This document shows, piece after piece, positions 18,917 to 27,877 of a DNA stretch of 57,398 nt. The translations under genes and the position numbers were made by a program. Source of the stretch: a virus (Duplodnaviria > Caudoviricetes); the IMG/VR virus record IMGVR_UViG_3300029258_001547, positions 1-57,398 of that record; one strand, written 5' to 3'. The notes beneath the pieces were generated by a model. It worked only from the letters and a program-made list of their open reading frames with translations. It searched no databases and had not been told where the DNA came from. Position 1 is the stretch's first letter. Each line of letters opens with the position of its first letter.

Positions 18917-20410
18917 ATGGATACCCGGTTCCTGGAGGCGGCCCTCGGCTACGCGGAGATGGGAATACGGGTCTTTCCGTGCATCCCCCGGACGAAGCGG
19001 CCCCTGGTTCCCGCATGGCAGAAAGCAGCGACGACCGACGCGGAACAAATCGAGGCGTGGTGGACGAAGTGGCCCGACGCGAACATCGCTGCGCCGATGG
19101 GCGAGGGAAGCGGCATCATCGACGCGGAGTGCGACAGCCAGGAGGAAGAAGGGGAATACGTCAATCTGTTCGGCGGGGAGCCGCCGGCGACTGCTAGCTT
19201 CCTGTCCTCCGTTGACCCCAAGAGCGGATACCCCAGGAAGCACTTCCTTCTAGCGTGGCGCGACGACCTCCCGGGAGGGGCCACCGTTGACGTGGGTAAG
19301 CTACGGGTGCGATTGGGGGCAGGCGGCAAGGGGGCGTACTCAATCCTGCCGCCGTCAATCCACCCGGATACGGGTAAGCCCTATGAGTGGCTCGCACACC
19401 CCGACGACGTACCGCCGGCCGCGATCCCCGACGAGGTGGTCCCGCGCTTCTCGAACTGGCAGGGCGGCACGGCCGCGCAATCCGCCAACGAGGCCGGCGT
19501 CGGTGCAAACGGAGGCGGGAACGGCGCCGTTAAGAGCGACGACGAGTGGGAGAAGATTCTCGATGGCGTCGAGGAGGGCTCTCGCAACAACGACATGGCG
19601 TCTTACTGCGGGTGGCTGCTGCGGCAGGCGAGCGACTTGCGGAGCCGCAAGGCGGTCAGGAACCTCTACCAGACGGCTCAGGCGATCAACGAGCGGAACA
19701 AGCCGCCGCTGGCGGACAAGGAACTCAAGACGATCTTCCGCTCGATCATGAGCAAGGAAGTGCAGCGGCGGGCGACAGCGGACGCCGACGACGTGCTCCC
19801 GGACGCCCCGGACGAAGCGACGGAGCCGGCCCGGCCAGCCGGCGGCTTCCGCTTGATCATCGTCCACTCGGAGCCTCGCACCTACGAACTCTACGCCCCG
19901 CAATTCAAGAAGTCCCCGGGCAGCTTCCTGCGGCTCGACGCCAAGCAAATGAACTCGCCGGCCTCGATCCGGGTGCAGGCCCTCGAACAAGCGGACTACC
20001 CGCTGCCCAAGACGTTCGATAAGGCTTGGAGCCGCCGGGACGGCCTCTACGAGCGATGCGTCTTCCACGCAGAACACCGAGAAGCCCCACCCGAAGAGGT
20101 ACGCCCGGCAGTCATCGCGGAGCAACTTCTCTCCGTGCTCAGCAAAGCCCGGCCGCTCCTCGACGCCGAAAAGCCCGACTCCTCCGGCCACCCCTGCCGC
20201 ATGGAAGACGGATCAGTAATCTTCCTATTTACCCCAGTTTGGTCAGACTTAAACTGGGGGCCCGATCGTATAACCCGACCGGAGTTATCTCGGGTCCTCA
20301 AAGAGGTTGGTGTAACTACCCTCGAAATTGAGAAAAGAAAATGGAAGAAGCTGTCGCCGGAAGCCCTTGTCCTGCTTAAAGATAGGTGGGCTCGCGACGA
20401 GGGGGGGTAA
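18917..20410 (+). CDS. Bifunctional DNA primase/polymerase (Prim-Pol) with PriCT-1-like domain
   Basis: VFPC...KRP...ATTD..QIEAWW..WPDANIA, PPSIHPDTGKPYEW, EGSRNN...N..PPL..EL. Confidence 0.88.
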   Translation: MDTRFLEAALGYAEMGIRVFPCIPRTKRPLVPAWQKAATTDAEQIEAWWTKWPDANIAAPMGEGSGIIDAECDSQEEEGEYVNLFGGEPPATASFLSSVDPKSGYPRKHFLLAWRDDLPGGATVDVGKLRVRLGAGGKGAYSILPPSIHPDTGKPYEWLAHPDDVPPAAIPDEVVPRFSNWQGGTAAQSANEAGVGANGGGNGAVKSDDEWEKILDGVEEGSRNNDMASYCGWLLRQASDLRSRKAVRNLYQTAQAINERNKPPLADKELKTIFRSIMSKEVQRRATADADDVLPDAPDEATEPARPAGGFRLIIVHSEPRTYELYAPQFKKSPGSFLRLDAKQMNSPASIRVQALEQADYPLPKTFDKAWSRRDGLYERCVFHAEHREAPPEEVRPAVIAEQLLSVLSKARPLLDAEKPDSSGHPCRMEDGSVIFLFTPVWSDLNWGPDRITRPELSRVLKEVGVTTLEIEKRKWKKLSPEALVLLKDRWARDEGG

Positions 20411-20750
20411 CAACTTAGCAGCCCTTTATAGAAACTGCGAACGAACACCCAAAAATTAAATAGCCTGTAACGTGTTGAAAACAAAAGACTTACGAAAATC
20501 GTGCGAACGAACGAAATTGAGTTCGATAGTAAATAAGTCGTTGAAGTCAAAAGGGTTAGGAAAATCTCGAGTCGAACGAACGAACTTTCAGCCGGGGCAA
20601 TGACCGTAAAAGTTCGTTCGCTCGTTCGGAAATTCGCGTAAGTCCTTTGGTATCAACAACTTATTTACTATCGAACTTACGAACGAACTCGAAAATCGAG
20701 TCGAACTTCGTTCGCATCCCCTCATAGGTAGTAGAGAGGAGAGCTTCCCA
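20411..20750. other. Putative replication origin: AT-rich, CGAA repeats, nested inverted repeats, IHF-like sites
   Basis: Markedly AT-rich intergenic tract between primase and helicase genes, with a 19-bp perfect inverted repeat at 20520-20538/20659-20677. Confidence 0.6.
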
Positions 20751-20751
20751 G

Positions 20752-22422
20752 ATGGTGCAAGTTGCCAGGCTTATCGGAGGGGCAGGGACCGGCAAGACAA
20801 CGGCCTTGCTCGAACTGATGGACCTAGCCCTGGAGACCTACAAAGACCCCTTCCAGGTGGGGTTTTGCTCATTTACCCGCGCAGCCCGCCGCGAGGCGTC
20901 GTCAAGGGCCGGCGACAAGTACGGCGTCAAGGCTGTGGACCTGGAGCGCGGGGGGTGGTTCCGAACGATCCACTCGATCTGCTATCGGTGCCTCGGAGTG
21001 GGGAAGGAGCTTATCACCCAACAGAAGGGGGACCGCGAGTGGCTGGAAGAAGCCCTCAGTGAGAAGCTCGGGGACGGCAGCGGGGGAGCCAACGTCGAGG
21101 ATGACTGGTATCAGCCGGCCATGCTCCAGACCGACGCGACCAAGGCTCTGTCGCTCTGGGACTGTTCCCGCAATCGGACGATAGGACTTCCCGAAATTCA
21201 CGCCGCCTATTCCCTCTATTTACCTGATTTACCCAGTTTGGACTTCTGCCGGAAAATCGTCGAGAAGTACGAGCTTGTCAAGCGGCTGGACGGCCGCTGC
21301 GATTTCGTCGATCTCCTGGCCCGATTCGGCGGCTATCACTTCACCGTCGAGGGCTGCGAACGGTGCGAACCCCAGGGAGTGCCTCCAGACGTCCCTGTGT
21401 GGCTCCTGGACGAGCAGCAGGACGCATCGCCTCTCCTACATGGTGTCTGCCGGAGGCTCGTAGAAGACGCCGTGTGGTGCTATATCGTGGGTGATCCGAT
21501 GCAGAGCATCTACGGGTTCGCCGGCGCGGACCCGCACCTGTTTCTGGGGGGGTGGGGGGACTGCAAAGAGAAGATCATGCCGCGTAGCTGGCGGTGCCCC
21601 AGGACCATCCACGAACTCGGGGAGCGTGTACTTGAAAACTGTTCGGACTACTGGGATCGGAAAATCGCCCCGGCGGACCACGACGGGCGCATCGAAAACC
21701 ACCACTGGCGGCACGTCGCGGGGCTGGTGAACCCCACGGAAGACTGGCTCGTCCTGGCGAGGACGAATTACCTGGCCGCCCGGCTGGCGAGGGCGCTGGA
21801 CGGGGCTGGCATCCCGTGGCGCCCCACAAAGGGGCACGGGCGATGGGACGCCCCGCAGCGGCTCAAGGCGATCCAGGCGCTGAAGAACCTTGAGGCCAAC
21901 TGCCCGATCAGCGGGTCGGAGTGGGCGGCGATCCTCAGCCAAACAAAGGTCAAGGCGAACGGCGAGGCGCTTTACGTCCGGGGAACCAAAAAAGACTGGC
22001 TCGACCTCACGGAAGATCAGGCCGACGACAAAGCAGGGACGTGGGTGCTGCCGGAGCACCTCGGCGAGCTTGGCGCTACGGCTGCGTTCCTAAAGCAAGT
22101 GCGGGCCGGCTTGTGGCGAGGCTGGGTAGCGCGGGGTCACGATGTAAGCGATGCGATCGACAAGCACGGTTACGAGGCCGTCGAGGCGAGCGGCGTGCGG
22201 CTGGGCACGGTACACTCAGCGAAGGGCATGGAGGCCGACAACGTGGCGCTGCTGACGACGATTCCGATGCAGGTGGAAAACGGAAAGAGGACGACGGAAG
22301 GGGCAAACGAGGAGCACAGGGTTTCCTACGTTGGAGTGACGCGAGCGCGCCGCCGGCTGGCCCTGCTGGACGAGCCTTGCGGCAGGGCGCGCCGCGTCTT
22401 CAAGATGGAGATATGCCCATGA
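20752..22422 (+). CDS. UvrD/REP-like SF1 helicase
   Basis: GGAGTGKT, LDEQQD, VGDPMQSIYGF, TVHSAKGMEAD and YVGVTRAR motifs. Confidence 0.93.
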   Translation: MVQVARLIGGAGTGKTTALLELMDLALETYKDPFQVGFCSFTRAARREASSRAGDKYGVKAVDLERGGWFRTIHSICYRCLGVGKELITQQKGDREWLEEALSEKLGDGSGGANVEDDWYQPAMLQTDATKALSLWDCSRNRTIGLPEIHAAYSLYLPDLPSLDFCRKIVEKYELVKRLDGRCDFVDLLARFGGYHFTVEGCERCEPQGVPPDVPVWLLDEQQDASPLLHGVCRRLVEDAVWCYIVGDPMQSIYGFAGADPHLFLGGWGDCKEKIMPRSWRCPRTIHELGERVLENCSDYWDRKIAPADHDGRIENHHWRHVAGLVNPTEDWLVLARTNYLAARLARALDGAGIPWRPTKGHGRWDAPQRLKAIQALKNLEANCPISGSEWAAILSQTKVKANGEALYVRGTKKDWLDLTEDQADDKAGTWVLPEHLGELGATAAFLKQVRAGLWRGWVARGHDVSDAIDKHGYEAVEASGVRLGTVHSAKGMEADNVALLTTIPMQVENGKRTTEGANEEHRVSYVGVTRARRRLALLDEPCGRARRVFKMEICP

Positions 22423-22601
22423 GCGCAAGAGACAAGTGGGAAAAGCAGGACCGGGCTAGGTTTCTGGCCTGGAAGAAGCGAGAGAGACTCATTTTCACGC
22501 CCCGGCGGATTTGCTCGCCAAGACGGCGGAAGCCGCTTGAAGGCCAGCTAGAGCTTTTCACGGAGGAGCCGAATGACGCCCGAGGGAAGGCTGACGGGTA
22601 G
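22419..22601 (+). CDS. Small basic protein with a QLELF motif
   Basis: GGAG SD, ATGA overlap. Confidence 0.6.
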   Translation: MSARDKWEKQDRARFLAWKKRERLIFTPRRICSPRRRKPLEGQLELFTEEPNDARGKADG

Positions 22602-22935
22602 CGTGATCGAGAGGCTGCGCAGATACAAGCGTAGCGGGCTGGCGATCTGGTGGTTGAAGCTCGCGGGCAGTCCGTTGCAGCGGCGCGGGATGCCTGATCT
22701 GCTGGTCGTGCTGGACGGCTTTGCGTTGTTCGTGGAACTCAAGGCCCCCGGAGGCGAGCCCACGCCGTTGCAGCAACACCGCATCAAAGAGCTTGAGGAG
22801 GCGCACGCCGCTTGCTGCGTGTGCCGCAGCGTCGAGGAGTTTGAGTTGTTCATCGAAAGCCAACTTAGGAGGGTGAACGATGCCTACAACGAAATCCGCA
22901 GAAGAAGGGACGAGGGCGAGCGTCGCGGACCTTGA
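22573..22935 (+). CDS. VRR-NUC (PD-(D/E)xK) nuclease
   Basis: GMPDLLV...FVELKAPGG.PTPLQ. Confidence 0.9.
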   Translation: MTPEGRLTGSVIERLRRYKRSGLAIWWLKLAGSPLQRRGMPDLLVVLDGFALFVELKAPGGEPTPLQQHRIKELEEAHAACCVCRSVEEFELFIESQLRRVNDAYNEIRRRRDEGERRGP

Positions 22936-23260
22936 GCTATACGGACTCGACTTGCGCGTTATCAATCTGCTTGAGATTCACTTCGGAGCGATCTACCAAG
23001 ACCAGCTTACGGCGATCCGCAAATCGCAATTCCTGGCGATCCCCCAGGTTGGCGAGCGGCGATGGTCCAACTTACAGGCCGCCTTGCGCCGTTTCCGGGC
23101 AAGGCGGCCTGTCTGTACGGTCGCAGAGCTAGTTCAGTTTTCCGACGCCCAGAAGGCGTCGGCTAGGACTTTATGCGATGCTCCTCGCGCCGCAAAATCC
23201 GCTGGATCAGCGAGGGGTACCACCCGGAGGAAGAAGGCGAGGGGCAATCCTCCTCAGTGA
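22880..23260 (+). CDS. Stand-alone RNA polymerase alpha-CTD-like protein
   Basis: LDLRVINLLE..GAIYQDQL......LAIPQVGERRWSNLQAAL aligns by eye with the alpha-CTD helix-hairpin-helix. Confidence 0.65.
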   Translation: MPTTKSAEEGTRASVADLELYGLDLRVINLLEIHFGAIYQDQLTAIRKSQFLAIPQVGERRWSNLQAALRRFRARRPVCTVAELVQFSDAQKASARTLCDAPRAAKSAGSARGTTRRKKARGNPPQ

Positions 23261-23852
23261 GCCGGCGGCAGATTTTCCTACGACCGTATCCCTTACCGTG
23301 AAGCTCCAGGATTCTCCCGATCGTCTCTTGCTGCTCGGGAATTGGGACGAGTAGCTTGCCCTCGGCGCGGTATCCATACGGGGGAATCTTCGACATGCGG
23401 CGGCCCTCGCGCTGCGCTTGCCGCATCTTCGCTTTGGTTGTGGCTCGGATTAGCTGCCTCTGGTATTCCGCCACCGCCATGAAGATCGTAGCTTGAAGCT
23501 CGGACTCAGGCGTTTCCAAGCACGCGCCGGGCTCGCGGACGCTGACCAGCCGCACGCCGCGCGACTTCAAGTGCGTGCGGAACATGAGGCTTTTCTGCGT
23601 GTCGCGGAAAAGCCGGTCTAGGCTCCGCACTACAAAGAGCATCCCGCGCTTGGAGGCGTAGAGCGCGTCAACGAGGCCCGGTCGGTCTTCCAACGAGTCG
23701 CTCCCGCTGGTAGCGTCGTCGCGGAACTCCCCACAAACCACATGGCGGTTCTCGACCGCCCATTGGCGTAGGTCGGCAAGCTGGACGAGGCTGGAATCAC
23801 AATCGGCCGCACCGGGGCGCGGCGAGAATCTCGCGTAGTGAATCGTTTTCAT
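23163..23852 (-). CDS. Serine recombinase (resolvase catalytic domain plus short recombinase-type C-domain)
   Basis: YARFS, SG...RPGL, LDRLFR, AEYQRQLI and PPYGY motifs. At 229 aa it is too short for a full large serine integrase. Confidence 0.9.
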   Translation of the reverse strand: MKTIHYARFSPRPGAADCDSSLVQLADLRQWAVENRHVVCGEFRDDATSGSDSLEDRPGLVDALYASKRGMLFVVRSLDRLFRDTQKSLMFRTHLKSRGVRLVSVREPGACLETPESELQATIFMAVAEYQRQLIRATTKAKMRQAQREGRRMSKIPPYGYRAEGKLLVPIPEQQETIGRILELHGKGYGRRKICRRLTEEDCPSPSSSGWYPSLIQRILRREEHRIKS

Positions 23853-24055
23853 GTGTATTTGCCTTTTCGTTTTTCTCGTTTCTCGATGTCGTCAAGTATC
23901 CGCTGCGCGCGGTCCGCGATGCGGACAAGCTCGGGAGCGAGGCCGAACCAGCCGATCATCACGGCGGCGAACTCCAAGTCCGCCTCGGCCCTCGGCCGCG
24001 AGACGCGGGGGTCAAGCGGCCAAAGGGTCGGGTTGGAGATGCGGTTCTTACTCAC
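23849..24055 (-). CDS. Hypothetical protein
   Basis: GGAGG SD before GTG, overlaps both neighbours. Confidence 0.6.
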   Translation of the reverse strand: MSKNRISNPTLWPLDPRVSRPRAEADLEFAAVMIGWFGLAPELVRIADRAQRILDDIEKREKRKGKYT

Positions 24056-24416
24056 GTCTGACCGCCTCCAACAAGTCGCGGCAGGCCCCTGCGAGGTCGT
24101 CAACGCTGGGCGGCTCGAAGTCTTCGCCGAACTCGGCGACAAGCACCGGCAAGCTATCCTCCCGTTGCCGGATTACGTTCAACAATACTTGAGCCCGATC
24201 GACGACTCTCGGCTCGGTGAAGTCTGCGCGCGTCCCTGCGCCGCCGCACGCCGGGCACTCTACGTCGGGCGGCAGGTCGCTGTTTCCAACCTTCCCCTTT
24301 CCGTTACAGGTGTAGCAGGGGAGCGTACTCTTGAGCGTTCCGCAGCGCGGACACCAGTGCCGCAGCGGCTCGGTCCCGATAAGCTGCATCGTGTGATCGC
24401 AAGTAGGACATGCCAT
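24048..24416 (-). CDS. Zinc-finger protein (four CxxC, two of DnaJ-like CxxCxGxG form)
   Basis: CPTC, CPRC, CYTCNGKG, CPACGGAG. GAGGAG SD. Confidence 0.75.
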   Translation of the reverse strand: MACPTCDHTMQLIGTEPLRHWCPRCGTLKSTLPCYTCNGKGKVGNSDLPPDVECPACGGAGTRADFTEPRVVDRAQVLLNVIRQREDSLPVLVAEFGEDFEPPSVDDLAGACRDLLEAVRRE

Positions 24417-24620
24417 AATCAGGTCTCCTCGTCGTTCTGTGGTGGGTTTCAGTTTCGCCGGCCCTACAAACCACGTTGCAGGTCCGTTTGCCGATTTGAC
24501 GTACAGCCCCGTGCGCCCCCCTGGCGGGGGGGCCTCCGATCGGGCGGCCCCCCGCTGGGTGGTGTGCAAGGGTGTCAACCCGGCGGGCGTCGGCGGCCCG
24601 CCGGGCTGACCGCCGGCGGC

Positions 24621-25046
24621 CTAGTTGTTGGGCGCGGCGGCGCGGGCGTCGGCGGCGCGCATCTCGCGCCGGATAACCTCTTTGACATCCTCGGGGAGCG
24701 ACGCGCCCTTCAAGGCGGCCTCGATATCGGCGGTCGTCTCGCCTTCCAGGTGTACGACCTTTAAGGCGGCCTTCTTCCGCGTCTCGGCGACCGTCTCGGC
24801 GATCTTCTCGGCCCTCGTCCACAACTCGGCGGCCTTGCCGATGATCTCGCGGCCCTCGTCGTCGTCGGCGTCGATCGCCGCCGCTAGTGCATCGACAACA
24901 GAGAACAAGCCGGTCTTGAGGAAGCCGTAAGCCTCCGCCGGCGGCAGGTTCTTAGCATGCCGCAAAAGACATAAAATCTGACCGGCGCTCGATGTGATCA
25001 ACTCGCGCCGGTCTCCGCTGGGCGGCGTGCCCTGAATGTGTCTCAC
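24621..25046 (-). CDS. Hypothetical helical protein
   Basis: GAGGAGG SD before GTG. Confidence 0.65.
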   Translation of the reverse strand: MRHIQGTPPSGDRRELITSSAGQILCLLRHAKNLPPAEAYGFLKTGLFSVVDALAAAIDADDDEGREIIGKAAELWTRAEKIAETVAETRKKAALKVVHLEGETTADIEAALKGASLPEDVKEVIRREMRAADARAAAPNN

Positions 25047-25140
25047 TGTGAATCCTCCTCGGGTGCCCCCCGCCCTGGGCGCGGCGGCGGGGGTAGTCTG
25101 AATCGGCGCGGCCGCGCTCGCGCCGCGCACCCTGTGGGCG

Positions 25141-26709
25141 CTAGATACTCAAGAGCTCCTGGATAGCTAGGTCGGTGGCGTCGATACTGGGTACAATCCA
25201 CACCCGGTCGCAACAACGGCGTAGGTCGTCCCCTGGATCGGACTGCAACGCAAGCAAATTGAACCGCGCTTTTACCTGCGCCTTCCACTCATTGAAAGCG
25301 TCGGCCTGACGGCGTTCGATTACGCAGTAGGCGTCCGTGACGCAAACTACGTCCGTCTTTCCCTCGGGACAGCCGTAGCTCTCCCAGTCGCGCGGTAGCT
25401 CAACGATAGGCACATCGCGGTGGGATCCGCCTGAATAGAAGTGTTCAAGCCAATCTAGCATGGCGCCCTGGTCCCACTTGTTGGGCGGCATGATCAGGGT
25501 ATTGGAATGTCCCGTCTCGGCGCCGCCGGAGAATCCGATCAGGCCAATCCAGCGGCGCTGGTGGCGTGCAATCCACGCCATAGCCAAAGCGAAAGCTTTC
25601 GCCCTGGCGATCGGCTCTCCGTGCATACTGCCCGACTCATCGACCACCACTACAATCGGGCCCTGCCCCTGGGGCTCCACGCCCCGGTATCGGCGTAACA
25701 TCATCGACCCTTCGGCGTACCGCCGGTAAGCGTCAAGCTCCAGGTCCTCGTCGGCAAACATCGCTAATTCGGTCGGAACCAGTCGCGCTAGGTCGTTGCC
25801 AAGCTCGGCGCCGACCATATCGTCGCGGCCGTGTAGCGTCTTCTCCCGCTGCCGCGCCTGCGCGGTGCGTCTGAATCTCCCTGCGTACTGCATGATAAGC
25901 CGCAACTGCCGGGAGTCTTTGATCTTGCGGAATCGCTCGCGGATCACGTCAAGCGGCGCGCTCTCTCCGGGGCAGGGTCCATCGCCGCCAAGCGAGCGCC
26001 GCGCGTCTTGCAAGTCGTCTACGTCGCTGCCGGCCTTCTTCAAGGCGTCGGCCGCCGCGCTCATGGCGTCCAGGTCCTCGGCAAAGTCGTCTTTCTCGGC
26101 TCCTGGAGCCTCTCCTGCGGCGCCGTCGCCTTTCTCCTCTCCTGGGGCGTCGTCGCCTTTCTTCTCTCCTGGGGCGTCTCCTGGGGCGTCTCCTGGGGCG
26201 CCGCTGGGCGCGTCCCCTGGGGCGTCGTCGTCGGTCAACTCAAGCCAGCCCCTGGCGAAGTGCCCCGCCGCCAGCTCGCTCGCCATAGGGTCGAGGCGGG
26301 TCGAAGCGTGCAACTCGGCGAACTGCTCCGATTCAAGAAGCTGCCGCATGTAGCGGCCGCGCTTCTGATCGCTGCACCCCTCGGGTGCAAGCTCTGGGCA
26401 TGGCTCAAACGCCGCGCCGAAGAAGTCGGCGGCGGCGTAGTCCAGCGGCCCGGGCTCGTACCCCTCGGCGTCGGCGGCCGTCTCGCCGATTTTCTCGGCG
26501 CGCTCGCGCAGTATGGGCGTAAGCACCTCGCCCCTGCGTATCTCGCCGCCCCTGCGCATGCTCCACTCGTCAAGCCGCAGCGCCGTCGGGCCCGGTGGGG
26601 GCCCGGCCGGCGCTCGGGCGTCTGCGGCCGTCAATGGGACGTCGGGCCCGGTGGCGTCCACCTGGGCCGGCGCTTCCATCAACTCCGCTAGAAAGTCTTC
26701 GCGGGTCAT
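25141..26709 (-). CDS. VWA (MIDAS) domain protein, ViaA-like
   Basis: VVVDESGSM MIDAS, GNDLARLVPTEL, VCVTD. Directly downstream of the AAA ATPase. Confidence 0.88.
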   Translation of the reverse strand: MTREDFLAELMEAPAQVDATGPDVPLTAADARAPAGPPPGPTALRLDEWSMRRGGEIRRGEVLTPILRERAEKIGETAADAEGYEPGPLDYAAADFFGAAFEPCPELAPEGCSDQKRGRYMRQLLESEQFAELHASTRLDPMASELAAGHFARGWLELTDDDAPGDAPSGAPGDAPGDAPGEKKGDDAPGEEKGDGAAGEAPGAEKDDFAEDLDAMSAAADALKKAGSDVDDLQDARRSLGGDGPCPGESAPLDVIRERFRKIKDSRQLRLIMQYAGRFRRTAQARQREKTLHGRDDMVGAELGNDLARLVPTELAMFADEDLELDAYRRYAEGSMMLRRYRGVEPQGQGPIVVVVDESGSMHGEPIARAKAFALAMAWIARHQRRWIGLIGFSGGAETGHSNTLIMPPNKWDQGAMLDWLEHFYSGGSHRDVPIVELPRDWESYGCPEGKTDVVCVTDAYCVIERRQADAFNEWKAQVKARFNLLALQSDPGDDLRRCCDRVWIVPSIDATDLAIQELLSI

Positions 26710-26710
26710 A

Positions 26711-27820
26711 TTACAGGGCCTCCACTGTCGCAAGTCGAATTCGCTTGATCTCGCCCGCGACGTGCGCGGCGCCCTGCTCGGCCTTGCGGCCTCGCGACTC
26801 CTTCAATTTCTCGTGAATCTCGCCAAGCTTCTTGCAAGCCGTGGCGGTGGCGGCGAGGTCCTTTTGATCGGTCTCGCGGATAATCTGCTCGGCTTCCATC
26901 AAGAAGCTAGTGATCTTCGCCCCCTCGGGGTTGGCGATACGGCTGACAATCTTGGCCGCCTTCTCCGGCTGCTCTGCGGGATCGACCCACAAGACCCACT
27001 GCCAACACTCCAGGTCGGCGCGTTCCACCTGGGCGTGCCCCTCAAGCCAAGCGGCGGCGCGTGCGACGGCGACGGCCTTTCTCAAGCGGCGGTCTCCGGG
27101 CGTGATCCCCTCCTCGGCCAGTTTGCGGAGAATCTCGGCGGCGGCCTCCTGCGCCGGGTCGCCGAAGGGGAGCGCGGCGGCCTCGGCGCGCGCCGTCTTC
27201 AACTCCTCGGGCGTAATCCGCGTGCTGAGCGTCGGCGCGATCGGCTCATACATAAGCCGGTGCCGGCCTCGGTCGGTGCCGATCGACCTGACGGCTTTGC
27301 GGATTGTGAAGCGATCGAAAAGCGCTCCGAGTTCCTTCGCGTCGGCGTCGCCATTGCTGCCCGGCCACTCGTTCGAGCAACCTATCATAATCTCCAGCGG
27401 GATCGGCTCGCGCCGGCCGTCGTTGTCGAAAAGCCGTTCTTCCATCGCTGTGAGCAAACAATTCAGGATGGCCGAACTGGCCTTGAAGGTCTCGTCCACA
27501 AGTGCGACGTGGGCGTCTGCAAGCCGGCCGTCGGTGATCCGCCGGTATCGTCCCTCCTTCAAGCCGCGCACGTCCACGGGGCCAAAGACATCCTCAGGCA
27601 TGCTGTACTTGGTCAACAGCGTCGTGAAGCGGCGGCCGCTCATCCACTCGGCGAGCAGGGTGGCAAGCATCGTCTTGGCCGTGCCTGGGGGCCCAACAAG
27701 CAAGGCGTGTTCCCCTGCCAGCATAGCAAGTAGCAAGGCGTCCACCTCCTGCTCTCGCTCGATCAACCCGGCGGCAAGCTCGTTGCGGGTCGTCTGGAAT
27801 TTCTCTAGCGTGGTGTTCAT
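26711..27820 (-). CDS. MoxR-family AAA+ ATPase, RavA-like
   Basis: GPPGTAKT, DVFGP, DETFKASSAILNCLL, SNE, ALFDRF. Confidence 0.92.
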   Translation of the reverse strand: MNTTLEKFQTTRNELAAGLIEREQEVDALLLAMLAGEHALLVGPPGTAKTMLATLLAEWMSGRRFTTLLTKYSMPEDVFGPVDVRGLKEGRYRRITDGRLADAHVALVDETFKASSAILNCLLTAMEERLFDNDGRREPIPLEIMIGCSNEWPGSNGDADAKELGALFDRFTIRKAVRSIGTDRGRHRLMYEPIAPTLSTRITPEELKTARAEAAALPFGDPAQEAAAEILRKLAEEGITPGDRRLRKAVAVARAAAWLEGHAQVERADLECWQWVLWVDPAEQPEKAAKIVSRIANPEGAKITSFLMEAEQIIRETDQKDLAATATACKKLGEIHEKLKESRGRKAEQGAAHVAGEIKRIRLATVEAL

Positions 27821-27877
27821 CGTCTCTCGTCTCCTGTGTGGGTGTTGGTAGTGGGTACGGGTGCGGTCGTGGTCGTC

